Source: Amphiscolops sp. MND2022 (Eukaryota). From it: 64,000 nt of DNA. The number at the start of each line of letters is the position of its first letter. Within the stretch, counting starts at the first letter, position 1. Below are positions 1 through 11,238 of the stretch, in pieces. The notes beneath the pieces were generated by a model that was given only the letters and a program-made list of their open reading frames with translations, was not told the DNA's origin and searched no databases. The stretch lies in contig OZ076409.1 in the NCBI GenBank assembly GCA_964187785.1, positions 34,288,001 through 34,352,000 of the forward strand, read 5' to 3'. The position numbers were made by a program, and so were the translations under genes.

Positions 1-1110
1 GCTTGTTTTTTGACTTGCGAAAAGCTTTTGATACGATGAATAATGGTGTTCTATTGAAACAATTGGTAACTTATGGCTTCAGGGACAATCTTCAAAAGTT
101 GCTATTCCGATTGTTGGCAGTACATCAGCTAAAATGGTATTTGCACTGAAGAACCTAATACTGTGTCGAGTGTCTCCCAGGGTTCCGCATTGGGTCCATT
201 TCTGTTTCTTCTACATAATAATGACTTTCACTCTTGTGTAGGATGTTGTAAGATGGCCATGTTTACATATGATCCAACAATATTAGGTTCGAAACGCAAG
301 GCTTTTGGTTCATTTCAATCAGATGTGAGCAGTTATTTGCTTTAGTTTTGTCAAAATAGACGTAATATAAACAGAGATAAATGCGAAGTAGTTGCATTTG
401 GACGCGGTCAATTTTTCATTTGAGACAAAAGATTGCCTTTTCGAACGCGTGCAAGTATAAGGGTGTTTGCGTGAAGAAAAGTTACACTTCAAAGAATAAA
501 TAAATTACAATCTAAAGAACTTAACAAGTACTGTGGCCTAATATATCGTGTACGTCATATGTTTACCCAAAAATAACCTCTGATGTTTTATAAATCCTTT
601 GCAGAGTCCAAAATTGGATATGGATTACAAGCATAGAGTTTCGCTCCAAAAAAAATATTGCCGAAAATTAAGAAACGCAACGAAGAATTTTGGGAAAGTA
701 TATTTTGAAGAAGAAGTTTGATTCTCTACACAATATTCTCAGCACGAACAAAATTTTGACACTTTTGAAGTTTTCATCGTTGAGAATATCAGAGAGTTTT
801 CCAGGCTGCTTTGATAAGAAGCACGTTGATCTTTCATGATGATTATATCAATGGCATAGGAACATATAAAACTCGATGAAAAATGAAAAAAAAATTGATG
901 TCAACGCAATACAGTCGGACTTTTCTGAAGAGAAGATCTTCAGCAAATTTCCTTCGCTTTACTTTTATTTCGTTAATGGTAACAACATTGATACAAATAC
1001 ATTTGGGGAATCTGCCATTCTATCAAGTTGAAAAGCCCGTCCCAAGTTTATCTTCGAATTCTGTAGTCGATGACAAACTTCTCTTTGCATATTACTCTGG
1101 AAAGCATTTG
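1..1110 (+). mobile_element. Degenerate non-LTR retrotransposon (LINE, CR1/L2-like) reverse transcriptase fragment
   Basis: Translation gives CFFDLRKAFDTM (cf. FLDxxKAFD), VSQGSALGPFLFLLHNND (cf. GVPQGSVLGPLLFxxYIND) and a decayed MFTYD (cf. LFADD), with stops and frameshifts. The 3' boundary is approximate. Confidence 0.8.
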
Positions 1111-1594
1111 TGCTGATACTGATGGTTTTTCTGTAGTAGTGTTTAAACTATGCAAAATCGTTGAAATAGATTTAAAACATCATTTTAAAAAATCTACCTG
1201 AAATTGGTTCTTCAGGGCAGGATCGTTGATGAGCCAATAGACTCTTTTTTGTCCAGATAGATTGATTTCTTTGTTTTATTTCGTATGTTTTTTGGTATTT
1301 AAAAACTTTTCTTTTTCTCTTCAAATCAACTTGTGAGAGCGAAAAATAACAAAAAAGCACGTTTCAAGCATGACGGGATTGAGAAGGATACAAAAATACT
1401 CAATAATACTCAAAATACACCTCAATTTGGACTGAAATACCGTAACATGTACAATAAGGACATGGACATTTGAACGAGCATTTAATTTTCTTGGGGGCCT
1501 GTTCTGCAGGAGATGCAACATGGGTGTGCAACATCAGTTTCCATTGACATCAATTTGTAGTTCAATTGAATTTTTTGAGTAGAGTGATTTTCAG

Positions 1595-2069
1595 GAAGCT
1601 CTTCATTTCCCACTGTGGTGCCAGTTCGATGGCTGAGAGCCTTCAGGCCGGAGTTCCTATCATTGGAGTGCCTCAAGGACGAGATCAGTTTGCAAACGCA
1701 TTGAGTATTCACAAAAATAAATTGGGACTCAAACTCAGAAGCGAACCGACTCAACAAGAGCTGCTGGATGCAATTGAACACCTTCACACCAACTGGGACA
1801 CATACCATGCCAACATGGAGAAGATAGTTCACACGATGAGTCATAACTCACAGGAAAGACTTGAAAAATTTGTGGACGACTTAGTTGCGACAGGACACAA
1901 TGTTAACTTTCTGCACGAAGATCTTTTGTACCCTCTGGCACATGGGATTGTGGTAGTTATTCTGGGAATTTTGACTGTCCTTTCACCTTTTATGTTGATT
2001 GGATTCTGTGCATGTCGATTTTGCTGCTGCAGAAGGAAGAAAGCTACTGGAAAGAAAAAGACAAATTAG
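1595..2069 (+). CDS. Terminal exon of a UDP-glycosyltransferase (UGT / glucuronosyltransferase family)
   Basis: UGT signature FISHCGASSMAESLQAGVPIIGVPQGRDQ, a C-terminal TM helix (GIVVVILGILTVLSPFMLIGF), a Cys cluster and a KKTN dilysine ER-retrieval end. Acceptor ttttcAG at 1593-1594. Upstream exons were not found in the window. Confidence 0.88.
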
Positions 2070-3037
2070 GACAGAAAGTCTCCCGAGATGTTTGTCAGAT
2101 ATGCTTAAACAGCCCTATTCACTTGCTCATGGTGAAAGATGTTTTATTTATATTAGAGGGAATCAAGAGAAAAGGAATTAACCAAACCAGAATTATTTTG
2201 TTCACATACCAACCAAACTTTTTTAAATCTTCAAAATTACTTGATGCCTCAAATATTTAGTCAGAATTCAATATTATTAAATTATTTTTCACTCATTCCA
2301 GCACTCACTTTTACTCATTTGATGATCGAAATAACTCTAGGATAGGATTACAAAAGAGAGGGGAGAAATTGACGGTTAACACTTTGCTGTTTGTGAAAGT
2401 ACCATTTGTGAAACGTGCTTTTGCACATGCTTCCCTTACTTAGTCAGAACACGATTTTTGCGAAGGTTTGTTTTCCAAATCGCCAGATTTGAAAAGATGT
2501 AGGCAGTCAGATATCCGGCCGATGAGCCAATAGATTCTGGATCGTTCTGGGAAACCGTGCAGTTGTAGCCAGTCGCATTTCCATAATCCGGTTCACCAGC
2601 AACTTCTTTGATCCAATCAGTATAATAGGAAACATTTGAGTACATCCAAGGAGATGCAGGCACCCCTTGTGCAAGTCAATCCGTGTGAAGCGACACCCAG
2701 AAGCTGGTATCGGTTAATGACCTTTCGAACTAAAGGACCTCCATTGTCACCAGAACATGTGGCACTCAAACAATATATAAATGTCGAAGCTACTTCAATT
2801 TTTGTAGATTAATTTCACCCGTGATTATGCTTGCATTGTGTCTTTAAAAACTCTGCAGATACTTTTTGATCTCTGAATTTGTGTAACATTTTACCATTAT
2901 GCTATAATGCTATAACTATTTCGAAAACAAAGTGATCGCTTAGAAACATTTTCTTTTTTTTACAAATTCGTTATTCAAAATGTGAAAAAACGTTCAAAAT
3001 AACAGCCAATGTGCTGTAAAAAAAGGTTTTTATTTCT

Positions 3038-3258
3038 TGTGACACAAGCATTAAAAATGTGTCAATCCAACAAGTGTCAATGATAAACCTTGGCGAATAA
3101 CATGACACAAAACTACCTGCCAATGATCTTATGTTCTGAAGTCATGTAGTTACATATAGATACAAGTTGAAGATAAAGTACAGTCGTTTGATACAGCTTT
3201 GTTACTTTGAACCATTCCAATTTTAATTCACTCTTTGAACTTTTCCTGACTTACTTTA
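3038..3258 (+). repeat. 5' LTR (221 bp, TG...TA)
   Basis: No difference found by eye from 8756-8976; followed directly by the PBS. Confidence 0.96.
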
Positions 3259-3272
3259 TGGCGCAGTCAGCA
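3259..3272 (+). promoter_or_regulatory. Primer binding site, probably tRNA-Ser type
   Basis: TGGCGCAGTCAGCA abuts the 5' LTR and resembles the TGGCGCAGTC tRNA-Ser PBS of several gypsy-group elements. The tRNA assignment is an inference. Confidence 0.8.
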
Positions 3273-3286
3273 ATCTGATCAAAACA

Positions 3287-6200
3287 ATGGAAAACAACAA
3301 CACCAATCCGAACCTAAATGAAGGTGAGCCGAACATATCGGAACGATCATCCAGAACGAACAACACTACAACATCGTCAGAACGGATGGAGAAAACCAAA
3401 TACAAAATTCCCATACTATCAGACAGGGAAACAGACCTCACCAAAATCAATCCCAAAATGTGGTGGGAGCAGATTTCGGAATACATCCATTTGACTTATA
3501 ACCGAAATCTAGAAGAAATCATCGACGAAGGGACAGAATACATGGATCCCCACACAGTCTACCACATTAAAGGTGATGTTATCTGGGCACTTGGCCCAAA
3601 AGCCAAACATGAAATCATGAGAGGTCAATGGGGCCGTGAACTGAAAGAAGTGAATCTTTCCGAACTACTAACCCTGTTCAAGAAAACCTTCCTCCCTGCA
3701 AGAAATATATTTCATAGCCGGGCACAGTTCTTTAACATGAAGCAGGAAGACAATGAAACACTCGATGAATATTGGAAGAGACTCGTGGACATCGAGAGAA
3801 AGTGCGACTTCGGCAACATCACAGCAGAGGAAATCATTACATACAAATTCGCATCAACAATAAAAGACAAAAAAGCCCGTGATAAATTCATAAGAGGCCC
3901 CCTGAAATTACAACTCGTCCTCGACACGATAGAACTTGACAGTTACAACCGAAAATACGGGGACAAGAGGCCGAAAAGCAAAAAAGCCCGGAAAGATTCA
4001 TCAAACAGCTCAACATCCACCGAATTGATCGGCCATACCAACCAGTCACGGAAACGCAAAACAAATTTTACCGAGAAAAAGAAATTTCCAAACCGGGATT
4101 GCCGCTTTTGTGGAAAACCAAACTGGTCAATGGAACATATCTGTCCGGCACGGAAGGCTCAATGCAACAATTGCAAAAAGATGGGACACTTTGCCAAAGT
4201 ATGCAAATCCAAGACCGTCAGCCGGATAAAAGAAATGGCTTCATCGGACAGCAGTACCGAACCATGGCCGGAGATTGACCATATTCAGTCCGTCAACGGT
4301 GTGAACCGCATTGACTTTTACAAAGCAATCCTATTGGTCCATGGCCAACCAATAGAATTTATCATTGATACAGGCTCACCCGTGACCATCATACCTCCAA
4401 TTATCACACCAAAAGACATAAAGAAAACGACCAAAACTTTTGTCGACGTGAATAAAAACCCCATCAAATTCAAGGGCGAGGCCATGGTCGAAGTGAAAAC
4501 GGAAAAAAGCAAAGAGACATTACCTATCCTAATCACAGAGAACAAAAACACACAACCACTGTTGGGATTGGACTGGCTGGATAGACTGGAAATTGGACTA
4601 CAAGGCAGCAAAAAGACAAATGTGATCCGCTATGTGGAAGAAGAAGATAGACGAAAGAAAATTATCAACGAACACGAAGACCTATTCAAAAACAACCACA
4701 CCATAAAAGACCTAACAATCGACATTCAGCTGAAGAAAGATGTAAAGCCCATACAACAAAAGGGACGACCAGTCCCCATACACTTTCAAAAAAGCGTCCG
4801 AGATGAACTGGAGAAACTTATCAAATCGGGACATATCGAGAAAGCGGACGAGACTACAGAAAATTGTTTTATTTCCCCTGCCGTCATAACCATCAAAAAG
4901 GACAAGTCGGTCAAAATCGCCCTGGATTCAAGAAAACTTAACGAGGCATGCGTAAAGCGAAAAGCAGCAATGCCAAACATGGAGGAATTAATCAGCAAAA
5001 TCTCCGCCAAAATAACTAACGGCGAAGGCGAAATCTGGATGTCTAAAATAGACTTGGACTACGCCTACGGCCAGGCAAAATTAGCAAAAGAAGCAGCCAA
5101 ACACTGTGTATTTTCAATAATTGGCGGAGACTTCACTGGTCATTATCGCTTCAAGAAGGGTTTCTACGGATTATCTGACATCCCGACGGTATTCCAAGAA
5201 CACATTGACAACGTGCTAGAATTTAAAACCCCTGTTTGGCTAGATGACATCATTTGCGTGACGAATGGAAGCATTGATGATCATGAAAAAGAACTGCGAG
5301 AAGTCCTGAAGAAATTACAAAACGCCGGATACCGAGCCAGTGAAAAGAAAACGGAACTGTTCAAGAAAGAACTAACCTGGCTCGGCTACTTTATTAATCA
5401 GAATGGCGTAAAACCAATCGAGGACAAAACGGAGGCAATTACGAAATTAGCCGCACCAAAAAACGTGAAGGAGTTAAAATCCTTCCTTGGATCGATACAA
5501 CACTTATCCAAATTCATCAATAATCTGTCAAAGAAAACCGATCGAATGAGGAGATTACTCAAAAAGGATGTCAAATGGGATTGGACAGCAGAAATAGACG
5601 ACGACTTTGAACAACTGAAGAAGGAAATTACGGAAGCCCCGTGTCTTGCCCACTTCGACCCAAAAAGGGACAACTATATCACAACAGACGCTTGCAATAC
5701 TGGACTGGCAGCGACCCTATGGCAAAAGGAAGGTATAGTATTCAGGCCCATAGCTTTTGCCAGTAGATTTTTAACCGACTGCGAAAGAAAATACGCAATA
5801 AATGAACTAGAGTTACTGGGAGCTTTATGGGGATTAGAGCACTTCCGATATTACGTTTACGGTAAAAGAGTTAATTTGCTAACAGACCACCAGGCATTAC
5901 AACCGTTACTGAAAAAGAATCGGGCACACAAACAATACAGTGCACGGCTAACTCGTTGGTTGGATATATTGAGCCACTTCGATATTAATATTCAATACAC
6001 GGCCGGTAAAAACATTCCGCTTACGGATTATCTAAGCCGTCATCCGATCGTACCGACCGAAATTGCCGAATTAGAAAACAAAGCGGACGGACAAAACGAA
6101 GCGGAAGCCGACGAAGAGTTCGTCATTAACCAAATATACGGCCTATTTGAATTCAATCGAGAGCGAGGAAGCATAAAGCGATTCACCGAACAACTGAACG

Positions 6201-6718
6201 CGAGAGAAAATTCCGACCAATCACAGCACGACAAAACTTCATGCGAACAGAATTCAAACACTCATTTGTTTAAAACCTCACCGCTGCCAATTAACATTAT
6301 CGATCGCGAATCATCAAATTCAAAAATGGACAAAGTCAATGGCATAGATATGAATTTCATCTTCAAGAAAAGGGGCCATTCCCCAGAAACCAAACGCCTG
6401 TGGATCGAGAGAAATCACTTACTGAAGCCGGATCGGACACGAATTGTCGGGAAAGGCAAAGAAAGTGAACGGATACAGGAGTACCGACGAAATCAGGCAA
6501 GCAGAAAAAGAATCGCAGAAATCAACATCAAAATTTATAACCGCTTCTTCAGATACTGCGAAACGCTCGAGACGACACCCCTGCTAGAATATCAACAAAA
6601 CAACAACTCATCTTGGCTGCACAACAACCAATCAGACGGAGAAAGCGAGACTAGTCACATCAAACTGGACAAGTGCCCCACAAGTGCTCTAAAAAATTTA
6701 AGAAGCACGAAACCGTAA
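3287..6718 (+). CDS. Gag-protease-RT-RNase H polyprotein (ORF1)
   Basis: 1143 aa: zinc knuckles, protease FIIDTGS, RT KIDLDYAY...FYGL...WLDD, RNase H TDAC...ELELLG...TDHQAL...DYLSR. Confidence 0.95.
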   Translation: MENNNTNPNLNEGEPNISERSSRTNNTTTSSERMEKTKYKIPILSDRETDLTKINPKMWWEQISEYIHLTYNRNLEEIIDEGTEYMDPHTVYHIKGDVIWALGPKAKHEIMRGQWGRELKEVNLSELLTLFKKTFLPARNIFHSRAQFFNMKQEDNETLDEYWKRLVDIERKCDFGNITAEEIITYKFASTIKDKKARDKFIRGPLKLQLVLDTIELDSYNRKYGDKRPKSKKARKDSSNSSTSTELIGHTNQSRKRKTNFTEKKKFPNRDCRFCGKPNWSMEHICPARKAQCNNCKKMGHFAKVCKSKTVSRIKEMASSDSSTEPWPEIDHIQSVNGVNRIDFYKAILLVHGQPIEFIIDTGSPVTIIPPIITPKDIKKTTKTFVDVNKNPIKFKGEAMVEVKTEKSKETLPILITENKNTQPLLGLDWLDRLEIGLQGSKKTNVIRYVEEEDRRKKIINEHEDLFKNNHTIKDLTIDIQLKKDVKPIQQKGRPVPIHFQKSVRDELEKLIKSGHIEKADETTENCFISPAVITIKKDKSVKIALDSRKLNEACVKRKAAMPNMEELISKISAKITNGEGEIWMSKIDLDYAYGQAKLAKEAAKHCVFSIIGGDFTGHYRFKKGFYGLSDIPTVFQEHIDNVLEFKTPVWLDDIICVTNGSIDDHEKELREVLKKLQNAGYRASEKKTELFKKELTWLGYFINQNGVKPIEDKTEAITKLAAPKNVKELKSFLGSIQHLSKFINNLSKKTDRMRRLLKKDVKWDWTAEIDDDFEQLKKEITEAPCLAHFDPKRDNYITTDACNTGLAATLWQKEGIVFRPIAFASRFLTDCERKYAINELELLGALWGLEHFRYYVYGKRVNLLTDHQALQPLLKKNRAHKQYSARLTRWLDILSHFDINIQYTAGKNIPLTDYLSRHPIVPTEIAELENKADGQNEAEADEEFVINQIYGLFEFNRERGSIKRFTEQLNARENSDQSQHDKTSCEQNSNTHLFKTSPLPINIIDRESSNSKMDKVNGIDMNFIFKKRGHSPETKRLWIERNHLLKPDRTRIVGKGKESERIQEYRRNQASRKRIAEINIKIYNRFFRYCETLETTPLLEYQQNNNSSWLHNNQSDGESETSHIKLDKCPTSALKNLRSTKP

Positions 6719-8627
6719 ACTTAATCCGATTCAAACAGACAGCAATAAAGAATACACTCAGCAACGACCAAAATCAAGGCACAGAAGAAACCATCAAAAG
6801 AGTAGAAAAAGATTTCGCACTGGACATCCCACTGCTGGTTGACGAAACAGCACGAGATATAAAGATACTCAATGCAATCGCGGCCATCGAAAACCAACAA
6901 CCGGATAGCATTTTTTATCCCTATCGCCCACACCGGTCACATCTATCCACGAGATTTGGCCTACTGTTCTACAACGACAGGATAGTGATTCCGGAAAACA
7001 TGCGGACAACGGTGATAGCCATGTTACACCACGGACATACATCGGCTGGAAAAATGGAAAAGCTAGCCGAGGCCTTCTGGTGGCCGGGAATGAACCGCGA
7101 AATCCACGAGAATCATGCCCAAGCTGTAGAGCCGCAGGTAAGAATCTTACTACTCAAATTCCGTCCACGGAGAAAAATAACTTAGACATTTTAACGGAAC
7201 CAAATCAAGAAATCCAATTGGATTTCGCCGGTCCAATCAAATCAAAAACACGCGGCGATGTATATATTTTAGTAGCAATTGACCGTTTTAGCAAATGGCC
7301 GACCGCACATATTTGCAAAAGCGCGGATACACGGACCGTCAAGAAATTTTTATCTAAATATTTTACGGACAACGGGATACCAAGGGTTATTCGAACCGAC
7401 AACGGAAGCTGCTTTAAAAGCACCGAATTCAAACAGTTCTGTAAAGACCAAAATATTAAACGTATACGGTGCACTCCAAAATTACACACCGGCACCGGTC
7501 TGGTTGAACGAGCTATCCGGTCAATTAAATCGCTCACCCGAGCAAACATGGCAGACGGCCTAACTTTCGAAGACAGTGTCCAACTAGCAATAAGAACAAT
7601 CAGACAAACGCCGCACAGCAAATTAAAAATGACACCCTTCCAAATGCATCTAGGTAGAAAACCGCGCACCGCTCTGATCAATTTAATAGACAAGCCGGAA
7701 TGTCTACTTGCTAATTGGAAGAAAACGCTAACCAATTACATTTTAGCCCAACCAACAGAACTAGAGGTCGTCACTATCAATGATGCAGGAGGAGAACTAG
7801 CCGACTACTTGGTGTTAAACGAACCAAAGAAGAAAGGACGTTCGGTAAGCCGGGATTTTAAAAACTACCATTTTTATGAGAAAGAAAACAAACCGAATTC
7901 CATGAAATGTGGTTTTAAAACAAATAAGATTTTAACAGCAGTAGCAGAAACAAAACACACGGTAACTACCTCTGAAGGGAAGATAATACACAAAAAACTG
8001 GCGTCAAAACCCCTAAAATTTCAGACACCAAGAAAACCCGAAGAACAAAGACGGCCAACCAACAGATGCCGCAGATGCGGGAAATTCAGCAGTGGCGATC
8101 TGTGTGAAACGCATCTACGCCTTGAGGTGGCCAGACAAGACAGTAACAACAACGAACCCGGTACCAGTTACACCGCAATTCCGACCATGCCGTCAAAGAA
8201 ACGACCATACAGCCGCGTGATACTGCACGACTCCTCTAGCAACGACTCGGAACCGACAAACGATCAAGCCGATATGACCACCTCAGAAGGAGAAGCCACC
8301 GAAGACATCACACTCAGGGACATGATCGGCCGGGAAGTCGAACGCCTACGGTCGGAAACACCGATGCCGTCCTCCCCAATCGGCTGTAGCACGGAGCTGG
8401 TCCCGCCCGAAGACACAGCACAACCGGACACATCCGGAACACCAATCCGGAATCAAGGCACTTCCGGCATAGAAACCGTACATCAGAACGCCACAGGTAA
8501 AGTACGGCTAAAACAAAATGATAACGGGGAAAATAACCCACTAGATCTAACCATAGAGCCACGTAGATCTGAAAGAATAAAAAATGCAAAAAGAACAGTC
8601 AAACTAGGTGGTGTTGAGTATTTTTAA
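6691..8627 (+). CDS. Integrase region, broken by frameshifts near 6695 and 7112
   Basis: HHCC motif (LHHGH...WWPGM...CPSC) split across two frames; DDE core QLDFAGP / RTDNG / GLVER; long C-terminal tail ending RRSERIK...GGVEYF. Confidence 0.9.
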
Positions 8628-8744
8628 CAGTGATCCATTTAGGAACTGAGTACACATTCACCACTCCAAGGAGATATCCAATTACTCCGTTTCCACGAAT
8701 CAAGAACAACCCCCCTCAGCACGACTGGTTTCCCTGAACGCCAT

Positions 8745-8755
8745 GGAGGAGGGAA
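8745..8755 (+). promoter_or_regulatory. Polypurine tract
   Basis: GGAGGAGGGAA immediately before the 3' LTR. Confidence 0.9.
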
Positions 8756-8976
8756 TGTGACACAAGCATTAAAAATGTGTCAATCCAACAAGTGTCAATG
8801 ATAAACCTTGGCGAATAACATGACACAAAACTACCTGCCAATGATCTTATGTTCTGAAGTCATGTAGTTACATATAGATACAAGTTGAAGATAAAGTACA
8901 GTCGTTTGATACAGCTTTGTTACTTTGAACCATTCCAATTTTAATTCACTCTTTGAACTTTTCCTGACTTACTTTA
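8756..8976 (+). repeat. 3' LTR (221 bp)
   Basis: Direct repeat of 3038-3258, followed by the TSD TTTCT. Confidence 0.96.
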
Positions 8977-11238
8977 TTTCTACGCCAGAAACTTCCGTTT
9001 CGATTTTCGATCATTTAAAATTAGCCTGGCTCCGTTGTCGAAACCTGAACAGATTTTCCCAGTTGCTCCATATGTATCATCCAGCCAAGTTTCTTGGGTA
9101 CACACTTCGGTGGACAACAATTGGGTTCAGCTACTTGCAGGAAGGAGTTAGGGATCAGCTAGCCTCATGGTTCTACCCCAGCCTACTACAAACACCATTT
9201 CACCTTCGACAGCCGGGGTTGTTGCCAGACATACTGGTTGTATGTAGTCCGAAAACTCTAGAGGTTTGTCCAACTAATAGCGCTATATTGTCTACGTGGG
9301 TCCAATAGTCGAAATAATGGTGCTCCTGTATCTCGCTCACATTTCGGATTTGCTGGCTGCCCTCGATTTCCATCAAACTAAATTTTCCGAAAACCAGTCT
9401 GATTTCATGTTTACGTTCATACGTAATGCAATCTACAGATGTGATCACGTAGTTGCGATCGAAGATTGAAGCACCGCATAGGAAAGTAGCCATATTGGAT
9501 GATGGTACTCTAAAGACACCCACCATAAAAGGAAATTGACCTTCTTGGGTTCGCACACCGTAGGCTATTTTTGGTCACTTCACGGTCTCCGAGGTCATGT
9601 CTTCAGAAATGACCCTGACATCATTAGATCATATTCCTCAGTGTCTTCTTGAGATTGATCAGTGAAAGACTGCGCACGCATAAATTGATGAGCGATTACA
9701 AAAACTATTAAAAGCAGCATCTTTGTCAAACACATCTGAAGATCGAACGTTCTTTAAAGTCGAATCCTTCAAAATTTTGACACTGAGATTTCTTTTCTTG
9801 CATGAGCTATACGCGGTGAAAAGCTTTTGATTCTATTTGTTGAAAAATTCACTTAACGATGCTGTTTAATTCTTCAAGTTTTTTGTTTTTTTTTTCTATT
9901 AATTTTTTTGCGGAATCAAACATAAAAATGCAGCAACAGGAATGTCAAAATGCATATCAACTTCAATGTCAGCAATGTCAAATTTAATGTCTTATCGTAA
10001 TAGGAAAGCAATACAACATTTTCAAAGAACTCCTGAAACAAAGAGTTAATCGAAAGTTGAACGTAATTTTGAGGAAAAACGATATAGCAAAATTGAAGAA
10101 AGCGGTCTTCATCTTGCACCAAAAAATGCAGCATAACTCCATGTGACGCATTGTATTTTTTCAAAGATTCCAGATCAAACATAAACAGAGCAACTTCGAA
10201 AGCCGCATAATCAAATAAAAATTGCTAGAAACATTAGAAAGGTATGCTAACAATCTAAAAATTGACAATTTGTCACATTTTTCAATCCAGACATGAATTT
10301 AACTCTATTAAAGGTAATTGTTTTTTTTCTCTTTTACGAGAGTACAAGCTACCTCAGATAATCTTTCTCATCGTACAGTATTGCAGCATGAGTATTGAAG
10401 GAGAACCTTCACATTTCAGACAGTGGAAGAATTATTGAGCTCACGATTCCTCCTCAGATTTTTACACGAGATCATTTTTCGTAAGATATCTATGCAAGAA
10501 AGCAATTAGCCCGTTTTTGGTTTCGAAGAAGTGTCTAAAATGAATCAAAAACTCAAAATCGTAAGAACAAAATATTTTGATTTGGGGTGCAATAACTTTA
10601 TTGGTGACGTCCAAGTTTTGAGAACATGTTGTTGCTAAAATATTTCTGGAGGAAAATATTCTGTTGCCATACGATGTATTTTGGAGACTGCATAAACTTG
10701 CATGACCTTGAAACTTGAAATTTTTCTCATAATTAAGTGGACTCTGACTGCAGATTCGTTACTGCATTAAGTAAACACCTGTTTCTTCTTTCGGTTTACT
10801 TCTTAGATTCGCTATCAACATGGCTAGTTCTCTGAAAACGCTCTTATCCAAAATCTCTTCCAGCTATATAGTCAAACAAGAAGCCTCAATTCCTAAGCTA
10901 GTTCAAATTTCATACAACTCCAAATCACAAAACGTCTATGAAATTTCTCGAAACGCATGACAGTGCCACTGTACATCCTTTTTAATTCAACGTGAAAGCA
11001 GCTTTTCCCATTGGACATCAGAGAAAGCGCCTCTTCTAAATCATCTTACGAGTCTAAACTCTATTTTATTGAAAATTTATCAATTCCACTCAAGGTTATG
11101 CAAATTGTTTCGAAACACAGGTGTGAAGAAACCGAAAAAAAACCGAGTCATCGCTGTTTGGAAATTCCCCGTTTTGAAAAGAATTTTTTTGAAACACTGA
11201 TGGCAATCATTTTCAATCTCAAAAATTTTGGCAATTGC

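Larger units (their letters stand above)
3038..8976 (+). mobile_element. Full-length Ty3/gypsy LTR retrotransposon, Mag-like
   Basis: Two 221-bp LTRs, PBS, PPT, 5-bp TSD TTTCT (3033-3037 and 8977-8981), and domain order gag-PR-RT-RNaseH-IN. The double Gag knuckle CRFC...HICPARKAQCNNCKKMGHFAKVC is typical of Mag-group elements. Confidence 0.97.
2436..9735 (-). pseudogene. Trypsin-fold serine protease homolog pseudogene (SPH1), split by a 317-bp insertion and the LTR element
   Basis: Signal-like MLLLIVFVIAHQF (9720), PK-IAYG...QFPFMV, FLCGASI...ITSVDC, NIALL, LDKPLEFSDYIQPVCL, VVGWG, GKICSGFDNGA (to 9026); resumes at 2764 with ATCSGDNGGPLV...LLGVAS...YSNVSYYTDWIKE. Several frameshifts and in-frame stops. 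Confidence 0.85.

Noticed and set aside
3712..8589. Multiple antisense ORFs inside the retrotransposon
   Set aside because: Short shadows of the A-rich sense ORF with no recognisable motifs; no env-like ORF seen.
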